Source: Octopus sinensis (lineage: Eukaryota). Taken from it: a DNA stretch of 7,106 nt. The position numbers and the translations under genes are program-made. Every line of letters begins with the position of its first letter. Position 1 is the stretch's first letter. The notes below the pieces were generated by a model. It was not told the DNA's origin, searched no databases, and worked only from the letters and a program-made list of their open reading frames with translations. This document shows, in pieces, positions 5,864-7,106 of the stretch. The stretch is from positions 1-7,106 of the forward strand of contig NW_021828982.1 in assembly GCF_006345805.1 (NCBI RefSeq), read 5' to 3'.

Positions 5864-6020
5864 TTAAGTCAAACAAATTGACCCTAAGACTCATCTCTTA
5901 AGCCTTCTACTTGTTGTATTGGTCTCTTTTGCAAGACTGCTAGTGCACAGAGATGTAAGCATACCAACACCAGTTGTCAAGTAGTGAGGAGGGATACAAA
6001 CACACACACATATACACATA
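5864..6020 (-). mobile_element. Diverged family A SINE body (A4) attached to the tandem head array
   Basis: TTAAGTCAAACAAATTGACCC...AAGCCTTCTACTTGTTGTATTGGTCTCTTTTGC...CCAGTTGTCAAG...GGGATACAAACAC parallels 843-1000 with many substitutions. Confidence 0.7.
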
Positions 6021-6426
6021 CGATGGGCTTCTTTCAGTAGTAGAAGACACTTGCCCAAGGTGCCATGCAGTGGGACTGAACCCGGAACCATGTGGTTGGT
6101 AAGCAAGTTACTTATCACGCAGCCATGCCTGCATCTATACAACACACACACACACCACACACGATGGGCTTCTTTCAGTAGTAGAAGACACCTGCCCAAG
6201 GTGCCATGCAGTGGGACTGAACCCGGAACCATGCGGTTGGTAAGCAAGCATCTTACCACACAGCCATGCCTGCATCTACACACACACACACACATACACA
6301 TACACATACACACACTATGGGCTGCTTTCAGTAGTAGAAGACACTTGCCCAAGGTGCCATGCAGTGGGACTGGACCCAGAACCATGTGGTTGGTAAGCAA
6401 GCATCTTACCACACAGCCATGCCTGC

Positions 6427-6464
<38 letters not shown>

Positions 6465-6725
6465 ACACTATGGGCTGCTTTCAGTAGTAGAAGACACCTG
6501 CCCAAGGTGCCATGCAGTGGGACTGGACCCAGAACCATGTGGTTGGTAAGCAAGCTACTTACCACGCAGCCATGCCTGCATCTAAACACACACACACATA
6601 TACACACACGATGGGCTTCTTTCAGTAGTAGAAGACACTTGCCCAAGGTGCCATGCAGTGGGACTGAACCCGGAACCATGTGGTTGAGAAGCAAGCTACT
6701 TACCACACAGCCATGCCTGCATCTA
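6021..6725 (-). repeat. Five-copy tandem array of a 117-bp internally deleted family A SINE head with CA-rich spacers of 24, 36, 36 and 24 bp
   Basis: Cores at 6021-6137, 6162-6278, 6315-6431, 6468-6584 and 6609-6725. Each joins TTTCAG directly to TAGTAGAAGAC and lacks the 48 bp seen at 1069-1116 in A2. Confidence 0.92.
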
Positions 6726-7106
6726 TACACACACACATATATATATATTGATAGTATGTCCTTCTGGACACATGCTGTATAATCAAATCATGTTAAACTG
6801 AGTTATTGAGCAAGGTGTCTTCTTTAAAACAAAACACATCACAGATGCATCTGTACTGGAGGATGCAAGACAACTAGTTTACAGTACACCTGCCTTCATA
6901 GGGCTGACACAAAATGGTTTGAAATGATCATTGTGATGAATAAAGGTCATCAGTTGTCCCCCTGTTTTATCTACTACCCTACTCCGCGTTTCAAACATAG
7001 GGATATAGGATGCGACTTCGTCGTTAAAACAGTCGTTCCCCACAAAGCAAATTAAATAAAATTGGGATTTGCAGAGGGTTAATCGTTAACAAAGCAGGAC
7101 AGTGTT

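Noticed and set aside
6021-6725. CRISPR-like repeat-spacer appearance
   Set aside because: Repeats are 117 bp and SINE-derived, spacers are CA microsatellites rather than unique sequence, there are no cas genes, and the context is eukaryotic.
6947-6953. Exact CTGATGA hammerhead core on the minus strand
   Set aside because: No stem II or GAAA follows; a 7-mer is expected by chance.
6750-7106. Apparently unique terminal segment as a possible exon or regulatory region
   Set aside because: No ORF, recognisable motif, repeat match or convincing splice structure can be supported from sequence alone.

Overview
Non-coding, almost entirely repeat-derived eukaryotic DNA. No host gene is supported, and all listed ORFs are transposon remnants or repeat artefacts. 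The SINE families look like those I recall from octopod cephalopods (Octopus); this is recognition from memory, not a database result. Contents: (i) several tRNA-derived SINE families (my labels A, C, D, F), some nested and some sharing modules; (ii) 3' ends of three different RTE-clade LINEs, plus two further copies of one LINE's 3' UTR carrying an expandable ~65-bp internal repeat; (iii) a 556-bp Tc1/mariner deletion derivative with 44-bp TIRs that keeps only the DNA-binding half of the transposase, plus a third orphan TIR; (iv) a 210-bp (TA)n-flanked element with a degenerate minimal type I hammerhead ribozyme fold of the Penelope-like kind on the minus strand; (v) a five-copy head-to-tail array of an internally deleted 117-bp SINE head separated by variable CA-rich spacers. 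(TA)n/(CA)n microsatellites lie at many element junctions.
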